DNA of 64,000 nucleotides from an uncultured candidatus Porisulfidus sp. (GTDB lineage Bacteria; Pseudomonadota; Gammaproteobacteria; Poriferisulfidales; Poriferisulfidaceae): NCBI GenBank assembly GCA_965116025.1, contig OZ220480.1, positions 398,415 to 462,414 of the forward strand, read 5' to 3'. Shown piece by piece: positions 50,315 to 64,000 of this stretch (position 1 is its first letter; each line of letters starts with the position of its first letter). The notes under the pieces were generated by a model. It saw only the letters and a program-made list of their open reading frames with translations, ran no database searches and was not told where the DNA came from. The position numbers and the translations under genes were made by a program.

Positions 50315-50935
50315 ATGATGATCTGTCCGAGGGGATTGTACGCGCTGACTCCTGACGACTGCCCCGCCTTTCTTGAGCGCGTCGGGAAAGCCATCGCGGG
50401 TGGCGCGCGCATGATTCAGTACCGTGACAAGACGGCATCCGCGGCGGAGCGCGGAGCGCGCGCGGAAGCTCTGCTCGCGCTGTGCCGCTCGCGACGCGTT
50501 CCCTTGATCATCAACGACGACCTGGAACTGGCCCTCGCGCTGGACGCGGACGGCGCGCACCTTGGCGCGCGCGACGCGCCCATCCATGAGGCCCGAAGCC
50601 GGTTCCCCCATGGATTGATCGGCGCCTCTTGCTACAATGATCTAGCGCGGGCCCGCGACGCCATCCAAGCGGGCGCTTCCTATGTGGCCTTCGGGAGTTT
50701 CCATGAGAGCGCGACGAAACCCGAAGCCGTGACCGCCCGACCCGATCTCCTGACTCGCGCGCGCCAAGAGCTGTCCGCCCCGATCTGCGCCATTGGAGGC
50801 ATTCGCGCGGAGAACGCCGCTTCCATGATCCAGGCCGGCGCCAACTTGCTGGCGGTCAGCGGCGGAATCTTCTCGCGGCCGAACGTCGCCGCCGCCGCCC
50901 GCTCCATCGCGTCCAAGTTCCCGCCAGATGACTGA
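50315..50935 (+). CDS. thiE: thiamine-phosphate synthase
   Basis: It reads YALTPD...IQYRDKT...GAHLGARD...CAIGGI. The start is at the internal Met 50315 of ORF 50084..50935. It is adjacent to hemL. Confidence 0.8.
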   Translation: MMICPRGLYALTPDDCPAFLERVGKAIAGGARMIQYRDKTASAAERGARAEALLALCRSRRVPLIINDDLELALALDADGAHLGARDAPIHEARSRFPHGLIGASCYNDLARARDAIQAGASYVAFGSFHESATKPEAVTARPDLLTRARQELSAPICAIGGIRAENAASMIQAGANLLAVSGGIFSRPNVAAAARSIASKFPPDD

Positions 50936-52220
50936 TTCGCGCTGGTTCGACGCCGCGTCGCGCAGCATTCCCGGCGGCGTCAACTCTCCGGTCCGCGCCT
51001 TCGGCTCCGTCGGGGGAACCCCAGTATTCGTGCGGAGCGGAACGGGCGCCTATATCCGCGACGTGGAGGGACGCTCCTATCTTGACTACGTCGGCGCCTG
51101 GGGACCGATGATCGTCGGACACGCGCACCCTTCCGTGCTGGAAAGCGTCAAGGGCGTGGCGGACCAGGGACTCTGCTTTGGCGCTCCCCATCCGCTGGAG
51201 ACCGAGATGGCGGAAAAGCTCCGCCAGCGAATTCCTTCGTTGGAGAAGGTGCGCATGGTGAACTCCGGCACGGAAGCGACCATGAGCGCCATCCGGCTCG
51301 CGCGCGGGTTCACGGCGCGGGAGCGGATCGTCAAATTCGCGGGCTGCTACCACGGCCACGCGGACGCCCTGCTGGTGCAAGCCGGCTCTGGGGCCTTGAC
51401 GCATGGCGTTCCCTCCTCGCCCGGCATTCCCGCGAGCGCGGTCGAGCATACCGATATCGCGCAATACAACGATGCCGAGGAGGTGCGGGCGATTTTCGCG
51501 GACCGGGGCGACCGGATCGCCGCGATCATCGTCGAGCCGATCGCGGGCAACATGGGATGCATCCTCCCGGAGCCGGGCTTTCTGGAAACCCTGCGGGATT
51601 GTTGCGATCAGCATGGCGGCCTCTTGATTTTCGACGAGGTGATGACTGGATTCCGAGTCGGGCCTGGCGGCGCGCAACAACGCTTCGGCATCACGCCGGA
51701 TCTGACCACGCTTGGGAAAATCATTGGCGGCGGCCTTCCTGTAGGAGCGTTCGGAGGTCGCGCCGACGTGATGAACAGGCTAGCGCCCCTGGGCCCGGTC
51801 TATCAGGCCGGCACTTTATCTGGTAACCCTGTCACCATGGCGGCGGGGCTGGCGACGCTGAGTCTGACCGAGCGGGAAGGCTTCTACGAGGAATTGGGCG
51901 AAAACGCAAGGCTCCTGACGCGAGGAATGCGCGAACAAGCCGCCGCGCGCGGCATTCCGCTCGAGATGGTCGAGGCAACCGGCATGTTCGGCGCGTTCTT
52001 CACGTCTGGGGGCCCGGTTCGCGGCTATGCCGACGCCACGGCATGTCGGGATGAGGATTATCGCCTCTTCTTCCACCATATGCTGAGGCAAGGAATTTAC
52101 CTCGCCCCGTCCCGCTATGAGGCGGGGTTCCTGTCCAGCGCGCACACCCGGGAAGACATCGAGCGAACCATCGCGGCCGCTGGAGTCGCGTTCGACGCGA
52201 TGCGAGGCGAGCGTCAGTGA
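50928..52220 (+). CDS. hemL: glutamate-1-semialdehyde 2,1-aminomutase
   Basis: 430 aa beginning MTDSRWFDAASRSIPGGVNSPVRAF, with the class-III aminotransferase PLP lysine region. Confidence 0.9.
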   Translation: MTDSRWFDAASRSIPGGVNSPVRAFGSVGGTPVFVRSGTGAYIRDVEGRSYLDYVGAWGPMIVGHAHPSVLESVKGVADQGLCFGAPHPLETEMAEKLRQRIPSLEKVRMVNSGTEATMSAIRLARGFTARERIVKFAGCYHGHADALLVQAGSGALTHGVPSSPGIPASAVEHTDIAQYNDAEEVRAIFADRGDRIAAIIVEPIAGNMGCILPEPGFLETLRDCCDQHGGLLIFDEVMTGFRVGPGGAQQRFGITPDLTTLGKIIGGGLPVGAFGGRADVMNRLAPLGPVYQAGTLSGNPVTMAAGLATLSLTEREGFYEELGENARLLTRGMREQAAARGIPLEMVEATGMFGAFFTSGGPVRGYADATACRDEDYRLFFHHMLRQGIYLAPSRYEAGFLSSAHTREDIERTIAAAGVAFDAMRGERQ

Positions 52221-54028
52221 CGCTGTCCAGAATACAGCTTCGCGTACAGGCCGTCCTGGTCCAGCAACTGCCGCGGTTCGCCTTGCTCAATGATCTTTCC
52301 ATCCTCCATAACGTACACATGGTCGGCATGCCTGACGGCGCTCAGGCGGTGCGCCACGATCAAGGTCGTGCGCCCTTGGAAACGGGCGAACAAATCGCGG
52401 TGCAGGCGATCCTCGATCCGCGTGTCCAGCATGGAAGTGGCCTCATCCAGAATCAGTATCTTCGGATCCATCAGCGTCGTCCGGGCGATCGAGAGACGTT
52501 GCCGCTGACCCCCCGAGAGCCGAACGCCGTCCACGCCGAGCTGGGTTTCCATCCCTCGCGGCAGCTCGCGCGCCCACTCCCGTAACTGAGACACCCGCAG
52601 AGCCTCCCACAGCGCGTCGTCCGGGTGGTCCTGTCCCAAGGTCAGGTTCGATCGAAGCGTATCGTTGAACAACGTCGGGTGCTGGAGCGCGATCGCGACG
52701 TTGTCCCGGATCACGTCGAAGCCGATGTCCCGAGCGGGCCATTCCCCAAAGCGAATCTCTCCGGAGTCCGCCGGATACAGGCCGAGCAGTACCTGCATCA
52801 GCGTCGATTTCCCCGCGCCGCTGGCCCCCACGAACGCCACCTTCTCCCCCGCCGCCACCCGCAAGGTGACGCCGTTCAGGATCGGCCGTCCGGCGGTGAA
52901 GGAAAAACGCACGTCCCGAAGTTCCAGCGAGGTGGTGGAGACGCCGGCGAACGGGTCATGGACGCGAGCGTGGCGAGGCTCTTCCCGGAAGCGCGAAATT
53001 CGGTTGATCCGCCCCAGCGCGGCGGAAGCCGAATAGTAGGCGTACTGCACGCCAAGCAACTCCTGCACCGGCCCGATCATGAACCAGAGGTAGCCGAACA
53101 CCGCCATCATTTGCCCGATGCTGAGATCGGAAAATACCACCATCAACATGCTCACCGCTCGGAAGATGTCGAACCCCAGAAGAAACACGGTGCCCGAGGC
53201 GCGGCCCGCCATCTCGCTCTTCCAGAAATAGGCGGTGGACCAGTCGCGCACGCCCCGGGCCTCGTCCATCACGCGGCGAATGTAATGACGCTCCCGATTG
53301 TGCGCCCGAATCTGATGGATCCCGTCCAGGGTCTCGGTCAAGGCTTGCTGAAAATGCTCGATCGCCGAATTCTCTCGCTTCTTCAATTCCTTGACTCGTC
53401 GCCCCAGCATGATCGTGAAGTAAATCACCAAGGGATTCATGCAGAGAATGAATAGCGCCAAACCCCAATGCAGCCAAAGCAGCACGGCCGCCGTTCCCGC
53501 GATGGTGAGGCAGGCGACCACGAACTTCCCGACGGTGACGGCCACGAAATCGTCGATGGTCTGGAGGTCGGTGACCAGATGGGCGGAGACCGTGCCGCTG
53601 CCCAGGGTCTCGTATTCGGACAGGGACGTTCTCTCAAGCCTTCGCAACAGCTGGCAACGTAGCCGGTAGACCATATCCTTGGAGACGGTCGCCAGCTCTC
53701 GGACTTGCGCCGCGTGCAACAGGATCGAGATGACTCGCAACAGGACCGCGAGCAGCAGAACCGCGCCCACGTACAAGATCGGCCCATGCCAAGATTCGGG
53801 CGACCACGCCTGAATCAGGGGAACCAAAAACTCCGGCTTCTCCAACAGGACCTCGTCCACTAGCAACGGCATGAGAAGCGGCAACGGCACGCTCGCGGCC
53901 GTGGCGCCGACCGCCACCAGATGCGCGCGGACCAATTGCTGGCGGTGATGCCGGGCCAGACGGACCAGGTAGCGGAGCGTGTATTCCGCGGGCGGCCCGC
54001 CGTCGGCGGGCTCCGTCGCCATGTTCAT
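52214..54028 (-). CDS. ABC exporter, fused permease and ATPase (MsbA/ABCB-type)
   Basis: It has six predicted TM helices, then Walker A GASGAGKST, the signature LSGGQRQRLSIAR and Walker B ILILDEAT. The start is taken at Met 54028, whose ATG overlaps the trxA stop. The ORF track extends to 54307. Confidence 0.75.
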   Translation of the reverse strand: MNMATEPADGGPPAEYTLRYLVRLARHHRQQLVRAHLVAVGATAASVPLPLLMPLLVDEVLLEKPEFLVPLIQAWSPESWHGPILYVGAVLLLAVLLRVISILLHAAQVRELATVSKDMVYRLRCQLLRRLERTSLSEYETLGSGTVSAHLVTDLQTIDDFVAVTVGKFVVACLTIAGTAAVLLWLHWGLALFILCMNPLVIYFTIMLGRRVKELKKRENSAIEHFQQALTETLDGIHQIRAHNRERHYIRRVMDEARGVRDWSTAYFWKSEMAGRASGTVFLLGFDIFRAVSMLMVVFSDLSIGQMMAVFGYLWFMIGPVQELLGVQYAYYSASAALGRINRISRFREEPRHARVHDPFAGVSTTSLELRDVRFSFTAGRPILNGVTLRVAAGEKVAFVGASGAGKSTLMQVLLGLYPADSGEIRFGEWPARDIGFDVIRDNVAIALQHPTLFNDTLRSNLTLGQDHPDDALWEALRVSQLREWARELPRGMETQLGVDGVRLSGGQRQRLSIARTTLMDPKILILDEATSMLDTRIEDRLHRDLFARFQGRTTLIVAHRLSAVRHADHVYVMEDGKIIEQGEPRQLLDQDGLYAKLYSGQRH

Positions 54029-54390
54029 GAAGCGGAGCGCTTCTGGATTTGGTCGTAAATCGGCCGCATGTCCAGCTCGCGCGCCTTCTGGATCAGAGCC
54101 TCCAGGTACGCGATGGACAACGCCCCAGGTTGCGCGAACAGCTGAATCCGCTCTCGGAACAGCATGAGCGTGGGGATGGATCGGATCCCGAACGCGCGCG
54201 CCAGCTCCACCTGCTCCTCGGTGTTGATCTTCCCGAACACGATTTCCGGGTGACTCTTCGACACCCTCTCGAACACCGGCGAGAAGCTCCTGCACGGCCC
54301 GCACCATTCGGCCCAGAAATCCACTACCACGATATCGTTTCCGTCTATGACGCTCGTGAAGTTTTCCTTGGTCAGCTCAATGGCGCTCAT
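54025..54390 (-). CDS. trxA: thioredoxin
   Basis: It has the active site WCGPC. 121 aa. Confidence 0.85.
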   Translation of the reverse strand: MSAIELTKENFTSVIDGNDIVVVDFWAEWCGPCRSFSPVFERVSKSHPEIVFGKINTEEQVELARAFGIRSIPTLMLFRERIQLFAQPGALSIAYLEALIQKARELDMRPIYDQIQKRSAS

Positions 54391-54412
54391 GGAGTTTCCA
54401 CGCTTGATTCCG

Positions 54413-55759
54413 TCACAAGCGCGATTCCAGATATCGGCAAACGCCTGACCCGGCGCGGTTGCTCATGACCAGGACGACCCCGTCGGGCGCGAGTCGCTCG
54501 CGAATCCGCGCCTCCAGGTCCGCGAGGTCCGTCGTGACGCCAAGCTTCCCGTGGGCCCGCCCCCACTCCGCGACATCCCACCGCGTCTCCAGCGACGCAT
54601 GCACCCAGCTTCGGTCCGCCCCCTCCAGCGCCTCGGCGAGAGAATCCTGATGCGCCCCCAGCCGCATGCTGTTCGAGGCCAGCTCGACGACCGCCAGAAT
54701 TTGTCGATCCGGGTGATTCCCTCGCACCGCTTCGATGCTGGCGCGAATTTCCGTGGGGTGATGGGCGAAATCGTCATACAGGCAAATCTCTCCATTCCGG
54801 GCGGAGCGCTGGGTCAGTCGGCGCGAGACTCCCTCGAAAGAGCCTAGCGCGTCCGCTGCCGTCTGGACCGAGACTCCCGCTCTCGCCGCCGCCGCCACGG
54901 CGGCCGTGGCGTTCAGCGCGTTGTGCGCTCCCACAGGTCGATGCCCCCGAGCCACGTGGCGCCCCCCGCCATGAAGAACCTCCAGCTCTTCGCCCGGACG
55001 CCATTGGCAGCGCCAGTCGCTGTCCTCCTCAAAGCCAAACGTCTCCACCGGAGTCCAGCAGCCCATCTCCAGAACTTCCCGAAGATTCCGGTCTCCCGCC
55101 CGGCACAGGACGCGGCCCTCTCCCGGAACCGTGCGCAACAAGTGATGAAACTGGCGCTGGATGGCGGCCAGATTCTCGAAGATGTCCGCGTGGTCGTATT
55201 CCAGGTTGGTCAGGATCAAGGTTCGCGGACGGTAATGCACGAACTTCGAGCGCTTGTCGAAGAACGCCGTATCGTATTCGTCCGCCTCGATCACGAAGCA
55301 GGGCGGTCGCCCGGCCTGGGCGCTTTTCCGCGTCCGCGCGGGCACCCCTCCGATCAAATACCCTGGAGACAGGCCCGCTTCCGTAAGGATATGCGCCAGC
55401 ATCGCGCTGGTGGTGGTCTTGCCGTGCGTGCCCGCCACCGCCAGCACATGGCGCTCATGCAGCAAATGATCGCGCAGCCATTGCGGACCCGAGACATAGG
55501 GGATGGAGCTGTTCAGCAGCTTCTCGATGATCGGGTGCCCCCGACTCATCACGTTGCCGACGACCACGCGATCCGGGGCCGGCCGCAAGCGCGACCATTC
55601 GTAGCCCACCTCGCACTCCACGCCAGCCTTCTCCAGCTGGACGCTCATGGGGGGGTGCAGAGCCTCGTCGGAGCCGGTCACCCGGTGCCCGAGCTCGGAG
55701 GCGATCCGGGCGACGCCGGCCATGAAGCTTCCGGCCACGCCCAAGATGTGAAGATGCAC
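54413..55759 (-). CDS. mpl: UDP-N-acetylmuramate:L-alanyl-gamma-D-glutamyl-meso-diaminopimelate ligase
   Basis: It reads MHLHILGVAGSFMAGVA...YVSGPQWL...VAGTHGKTTT, collinear with E. coli Mpl. Confidence 0.85.
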   Translation of the reverse strand: MHLHILGVAGSFMAGVARIASELGHRVTGSDEALHPPMSVQLEKAGVECEVGYEWSRLRPAPDRVVVGNVMSRGHPIIEKLLNSSIPYVSGPQWLRDHLLHERHVLAVAGTHGKTTTSAMLAHILTEAGLSPGYLIGGVPARTRKSAQAGRPPCFVIEADEYDTAFFDKRSKFVHYRPRTLILTNLEYDHADIFENLAAIQRQFHHLLRTVPGEGRVLCRAGDRNLREVLEMGCWTPVETFGFEEDSDWRCQWRPGEELEVLHGGGRHVARGHRPVGAHNALNATAAVAAAARAGVSVQTAADALGSFEGVSRRLTQRSARNGEICLYDDFAHHPTEIRASIEAVRGNHPDRQILAVVELASNSMRLGAHQDSLAEALEGADRSWVHASLETRWDVAEWGRAHGKLGVTTDLADLEARIRERLAPDGVVLVMSNRAGSGVCRYLESRL

Positions 55760-55778
55760 GCCGACCGGATCTCGCCGC

Positions 55779-56555
55779 CTATCTGGCGAACACCCACTCC
55801 GTTTCCGTCGACATCTCCGGGGCGTGCCGGTAGCCCTCCTCGGCGAATCCAGTGATCTCGTCCACCGATGTCAGGCGATTCTTGACGATGTAGCGGGTCA
55901 TCATGCCGCGCGCCTTTTTGGCGAACAGCGCGATCACCCGGTATCGCCCCTCCTTGCGCTCCTTGAACACCGGGGTGATGACTGAAACGCCAAGGGACTC
56001 CGAACGCACCGCCTTGAAATACTCTCGCGACGCGAGGTTGACCAACGGCGGGCCGTTTTGGCCCGACATGGCGTCGCGGACGCCCTCGGTAATCCGATCA
56101 CCCCAGAACTGGTACAGATTATCGCCGCGCTCCGTGCCCAGACGCGCGCCCATCTCCAAACGATACGGCTGGATCAGATCCAGCGGGCGTAGCAGACCGT
56201 ACAGGCCAGACAGAATGCGCACGTGCTTCTGGGCGAACGTCAGGTCCTGCCGCGTGAAATCGTCCGCCCCCAGTCCCGTGTAGACATCCCCCTTGAAGGC
56301 GAGCGCGGCCGGTCGCGCGTTGTCCACGGTGAAGGGCGTTTTCCACTGCTGGAAGCGCTCGAAGTTCAGGTCGGCGAGTTTCATGCTCACGCGCATCAGC
56401 TCCGCGATATCGATCGGCGACAGTTCTCGAAGGCGACGAATCAACTGGCGAGATTCTCTTAGATGGCCCGGTTGCGTGCAGATCGCGGCATCCGCGGGAG
56501 CGTCCGGATCCAGCGTTTTTGAGGGAGAAAGAACGACGAGCATGAACGACATCAC
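55779..56555 (-). CDS. yaaA: YaaA/DUF328 peroxide-stress protein
   Basis: It reads VLSPSKTLD...FKGDVYTGL and matches the UPF0246 signature. Confidence 0.75.
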   Translation of the reverse strand: MMSFMLVVLSPSKTLDPDAPADAAICTQPGHLRESRQLIRRLRELSPIDIAELMRVSMKLADLNFERFQQWKTPFTVDNARPAALAFKGDVYTGLGADDFTRQDLTFAQKHVRILSGLYGLLRPLDLIQPYRLEMGARLGTERGDNLYQFWGDRITEGVRDAMSGQNGPPLVNLASREYFKAVRSESLGVSVITPVFKERKEGRYRVIALFAKKARGMMTRYIVKNRLTSVDEITGFAEEGYRHAPEMSTETEWVFAR

Positions 56556-56577
56556 CAGCGCGCTGTGGAAACTCCGA

Positions 56578-60664
<4,087 letters not shown>

Positions 60665-60672
<8 letters not shown>

Positions 60673-63600
60673 GATCCATCTCCGCCCGCTCGACCATCTC
60701 CATGGCCTGCGCCACGTTCACGCTGACCAGCCGAGACACGCCCGGCTCGTGCATGGTCACCCCAATCAACTGGTCAACGTGCTCCATGGTGATCTTGTTG
60801 TGCGTGACGATGATGAACTGAATGCGGTCGCCCATCTCGCCGACGATCCGGCAGAAACGCGACAGATTGTCGTCCGACAGCGGGGCGTCCACCTCGTCCA
60901 GGATGCAGAACGGGGCCGGGTTCAGCAAGAACAGGGACAGAACCAGCGACACGGCCACCATCGCCTGCTCCCCCCCGGACAGCATATGCATGTTGCGATA
61001 GCGTTTCCCCGGAGGCCGCGCCCGCACCTCGACGCCCGCGCTCAGGGGGTTCTGGTCGGTCATCACCAGACTGGCCTCGCCGCCCTCGCCGATGATGCGC
61101 GGAAACGTCCGTTTCAGGTTCTCGTTAACCTGGCCGAACGTGCGACGAAAACGCTCGCGCGTCTCGCTGTCGATCCGCGCCATGGCGCGGTTCAGCTTCT
61201 CCAGCGCCTCGCGCACGTCGCCCAGACGCTCCTCTTCTCGGGTTTTCTGCTCCATCAGCTCGTCGTACTCCCGCGCCGCCGCCATGTTGACCGGGGGCAT
61301 TCTCTCGAGCTTGCCCAAAACTCTGGACACCTTGGCCTCCCACCGCGCGGCCTCGGCGTCTTCCGGCAAGGTCTTCAGAATCTCCTCGGGATCGAGTTCC
61401 TGCTCCCGTAGCCGGCCCAGCAGCTGCTCGCAGACTCCCTGGATCTCCCGCCGCTTCAAATCCTCGTCGTGCAAGTCCTTTCCCAAATCCAAAAATTTTC
61501 GATTCGCCTCCCAACGCTCGCGGTCCAACTCGCCCAGCTCGTCGCTCAGCCGGTCCAGCTCGGACCGCCGTTCCCGCAAATCTCGCTCGGCCTCCCGCTC
61601 CTTCGTCCGATTGGCTTTCAGCCGCCGCGCCAGATCCGCGTCCTCCTCGACCGAGGCCAGACTCCGAGTCAATTCGCTTCGCCGCTCGCGGCACCGCCGC
61701 AACGCGTCGCTCTCGCGCGCCAGCCGTTGCTGATGCGCCTCGATCCGCGCGCGCGCCGTGTGGGTCTCCAGCTGCAGCCGGTTGCATTCCTCGGACTGCC
61801 GCCGAAGATCCTCGTCGCTTTCCCGCAAAACCGCCTCCGCGGCGGCCCGCGCCTCCTCCGCGCGGACGCGGTCCCGCTCCAAAGACTGGATTTCGGATTC
61901 GCGCTGACGCGCCCGGCTTTGGGACAGCCGAACGTTCTTCCGCAACTCCTCCAGCCGGCCGGCTTGGCTTTCCCAGCCCTGCAGGCGCGCCTTGCTGGAG
62001 GCGAACGCCTCGAAGGCTTGATCGTACTCAGCCTGCAGGGCGGAGCGCCGCTCCTCTCGTTCTCGCAGCTCCTTCTCGGCCGCCCGCTCGCGCCGCTCGA
62101 GATCCCGAGATTCGGTTTCCATCCGTCTCAGCGCGCCGCTCAGCGAATCGATTTCGCGCCGGCGCTCCAGAGCCCCTGCCGCCAGCCCCTCGGCGGCGGG
62201 AAACCGCGCCCAGTGCGACCCCATCCAGACTCCGTCCCGGGTGATGACCGACTGGCGCGGCCGCAACGAGTTCCGCGCGGCGCGCGCCTCCTCCAGGGTC
62301 TCGACGGCCAGAACGTCGCCCAGCTGGGGAACGAGCGAGAAGGGACTCTCGACCCGACTCGCCAGCGACGCGCGGTCCGGCTCGCTCTCTGTTCGCGACG
62401 AGCGATCCAGAAGCGTCAGCGCGCGCGCGCCGGGCACGCGCGTCTCGGGAAACGTCTCCGGCAATTCGTCCACGCAGAAGGCGCCCAGGCTCTCGGCCAG
62501 AACGGTCTCCACCGCGAACTCCCAGCCGCTTTCCACCTTGATCTGGTCCATTAGGAGCTTCCCTTGCAAGCGCATCCCCTCAAGAACTTTCGCGTGCGCG
62601 GCCGCGTCGCCCGCCAGGCTGGCCTGCTGCAAGGCCTCCAGCGAGGCCAAGCGCCCTTGCGCCCGGGTCTGATCCTCGCGCAGCGCGGCCAAGGCCTCCT
62701 CGCGCCGCCGCAGTTCCGCGCGCGCCTTCTCCGCTTGATCCCGGTTCTCTTCCAGTAGATCCTTGCGCCGTCGCCACGCGACGCGCGCGGCCTCATTCCG
62801 GCTCTCCAGCGCGGCGCGCGGATCCTCGCCCTCCTCCACCGCGATTCCCGCTTCCCGCATATGCCGCAACTCGTCCTCGTACTGCCGTAGCTGGGTCTCT
62901 TCCTTGGTCCGGTCCTCGCGGCCGCGGCCGATCCGCTCGCGAATCTCGTCGGACCGCTCTTGGCGCGCGCGCAGGGCCGTCGCGCGCTTCGCTCTCAGGG
63001 CCTCCGCCTTCTCCTGGGCGGCCCGGACCTCGGACCATTCCCGATCATTCCGGTCGCGCTCCTCCTCAAGGCGTCGCAGCTCCTCTCGAACCTTCTTTCC
63101 GCTCTCCTCCAGCTCGGCGATTTCCGCGTCCAGCCGCTCGATCTCCCGGGTGGACCGGTCCCGCTGATCGCGCCGCGCGCGGATCCGCTGCTCTTGGGAA
63201 GTCGCCTCCGCCAGCAATCGCTGGTGGAGCGTCACCGCGTCATCCGTGGACCGTCGCGTCGCGTCGCATTCCGCGCGCTTGGCCTCCAGGCTCTCGTTCA
63301 GCGCTTTCAGCCTGGCCTCCTCCGCGTCGCGCCTTTTCTCGGCCTCGGCGTACGTCTCTTCCCGCTTTCGCAGAATCTCGCGCCGCTCCCGCAGCTGCAG
63401 ACTCACCCACTCGCCCTCGCGCGCGCGGCGCTCCCGATGCAGGGCCTCCTGCTCGCTCGCCTGCTCTTTTTGTCGCTTCAGATGCCGCAAGCGGCGCTCG
63501 TGCTCCTTCAGGATGTCGCCCAACCGATCCAGATTCTCCTCGGCGCGGCGAATCCGATTCTCGGTCTCCCGGCGCCGCTCGCGATACAGGGAGATCCCAG

Positions 63601-64000
63601 CCGCCTCCTCGATATATCGGCGCGCCTCGTCGGGCTTGGCCTCGATCAGCCCCTGCACCATGCCCTGGGCGATGACGGCGTAGTTGCCCCGCCCCAGGCC
63701 GGTGCCCTGAAAAAGATCGGCGACGTCCTTGCGCCGGACATGGGCGCCGTTGATGTAGTAGCGGGACTGGCTCTCCGCGCTCCGCGACGCCTCGCGACGG
63801 ATCCGGATCTCGCTGAACCCCGCGTATTCGCCGCCGACCCGCCCGAGGCTGTTGTCGATCACCACCTCGACCGAAGCCTGGTCCAACCGTTTTCGGGAGT
63901 CAGAGCCGTCGAAGATGATGTCGTCCAGGGTCTCGCCCCGGAGGTTGCGCGCGCGCTCTCCCAGCACCCAGCGAATGGCGTCGATGATGTTGGACTTGCC
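60665..64000 (-). CDS. smc: chromosome partition protein Smc (N terminus beyond the window end)
   Basis: It has long coiled-coil heptads. The C-terminal signature LSGGE is followed by Walker B FCILDEVDAPLD. The reverse complement of the window end encodes ...GKSNIIDAIRWVL (Walker A region), so the gene continues past 64000. Confidence 0.85.

Noticed and set aside
61092-63683. Ser/Arg-rich plus-strand ORFs within smc
   Set aside because: They are antisense to the Glu/Arg/Leu-rich coiled-coil coding sequence of Smc. Their repetitive low complexity mirrors the heptad repeats.

Overview
High-GC (about 65%) gammaproteobacterial chromosome segment. Housekeeping synteny is Pseudomonas-like: def-fmt; an NtrY/NtrX-like two-component pair followed by trkA-trkH; pip; cysQ; argS plus a SPOR protein; a Pro-Arg-His-Lys tRNA operon; tyrS; an M23 peptidase and anmK; erpA; argC/hemJ; thiE-hemL; trxA plus an ABC exporter; mpl; yaaA; an lpxA-like gene; ligA-zipA-smc. 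Several accessory insertions interrupt this backbone. (1) Two paralogous autotransporter genes of about 1100-1200 aa, each with a long poly-G tract (26 and 23 nt) between the start codon and the signal-peptide core; both are 1 nt out of frame in this assembly, consistent with phase variation. (2) A tRNA-Phe hotspot carrying autotransporter copy 2, a doubly frameshifted FadL-like outer-membrane protein gene, and an IS element (742-aa DDE transposase with about 20-bp inverted repeats) that clips the 3' end of hspQ. (3) A bufferin-type RiPP operon (DUF2282 precursor, DUF692/MNIO enzyme, DUF2063). (4) Two RTX-like Ca-binding repeat proteins without signal peptides; both end in ESDFDFMG. The same C-terminal motif (ESDFDFLG) ends a 47-aa ORF that overlaps two other tiny ORFs next to the lpxL-like gene. 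(5) A lower-GC four-gene restriction-modification-like operon with unusual order (Dam-like MTase, 85-aa ORF, Type III Res-like helicase-nuclease, Type III Mod-like MTase), all translationally coupled. (6) A DUF2384-containing three-gene overlapping operon without a RES toxin. Many long ORFs in the six-frame track are antisense artefacts of high-GC coding DNA and were rejected.
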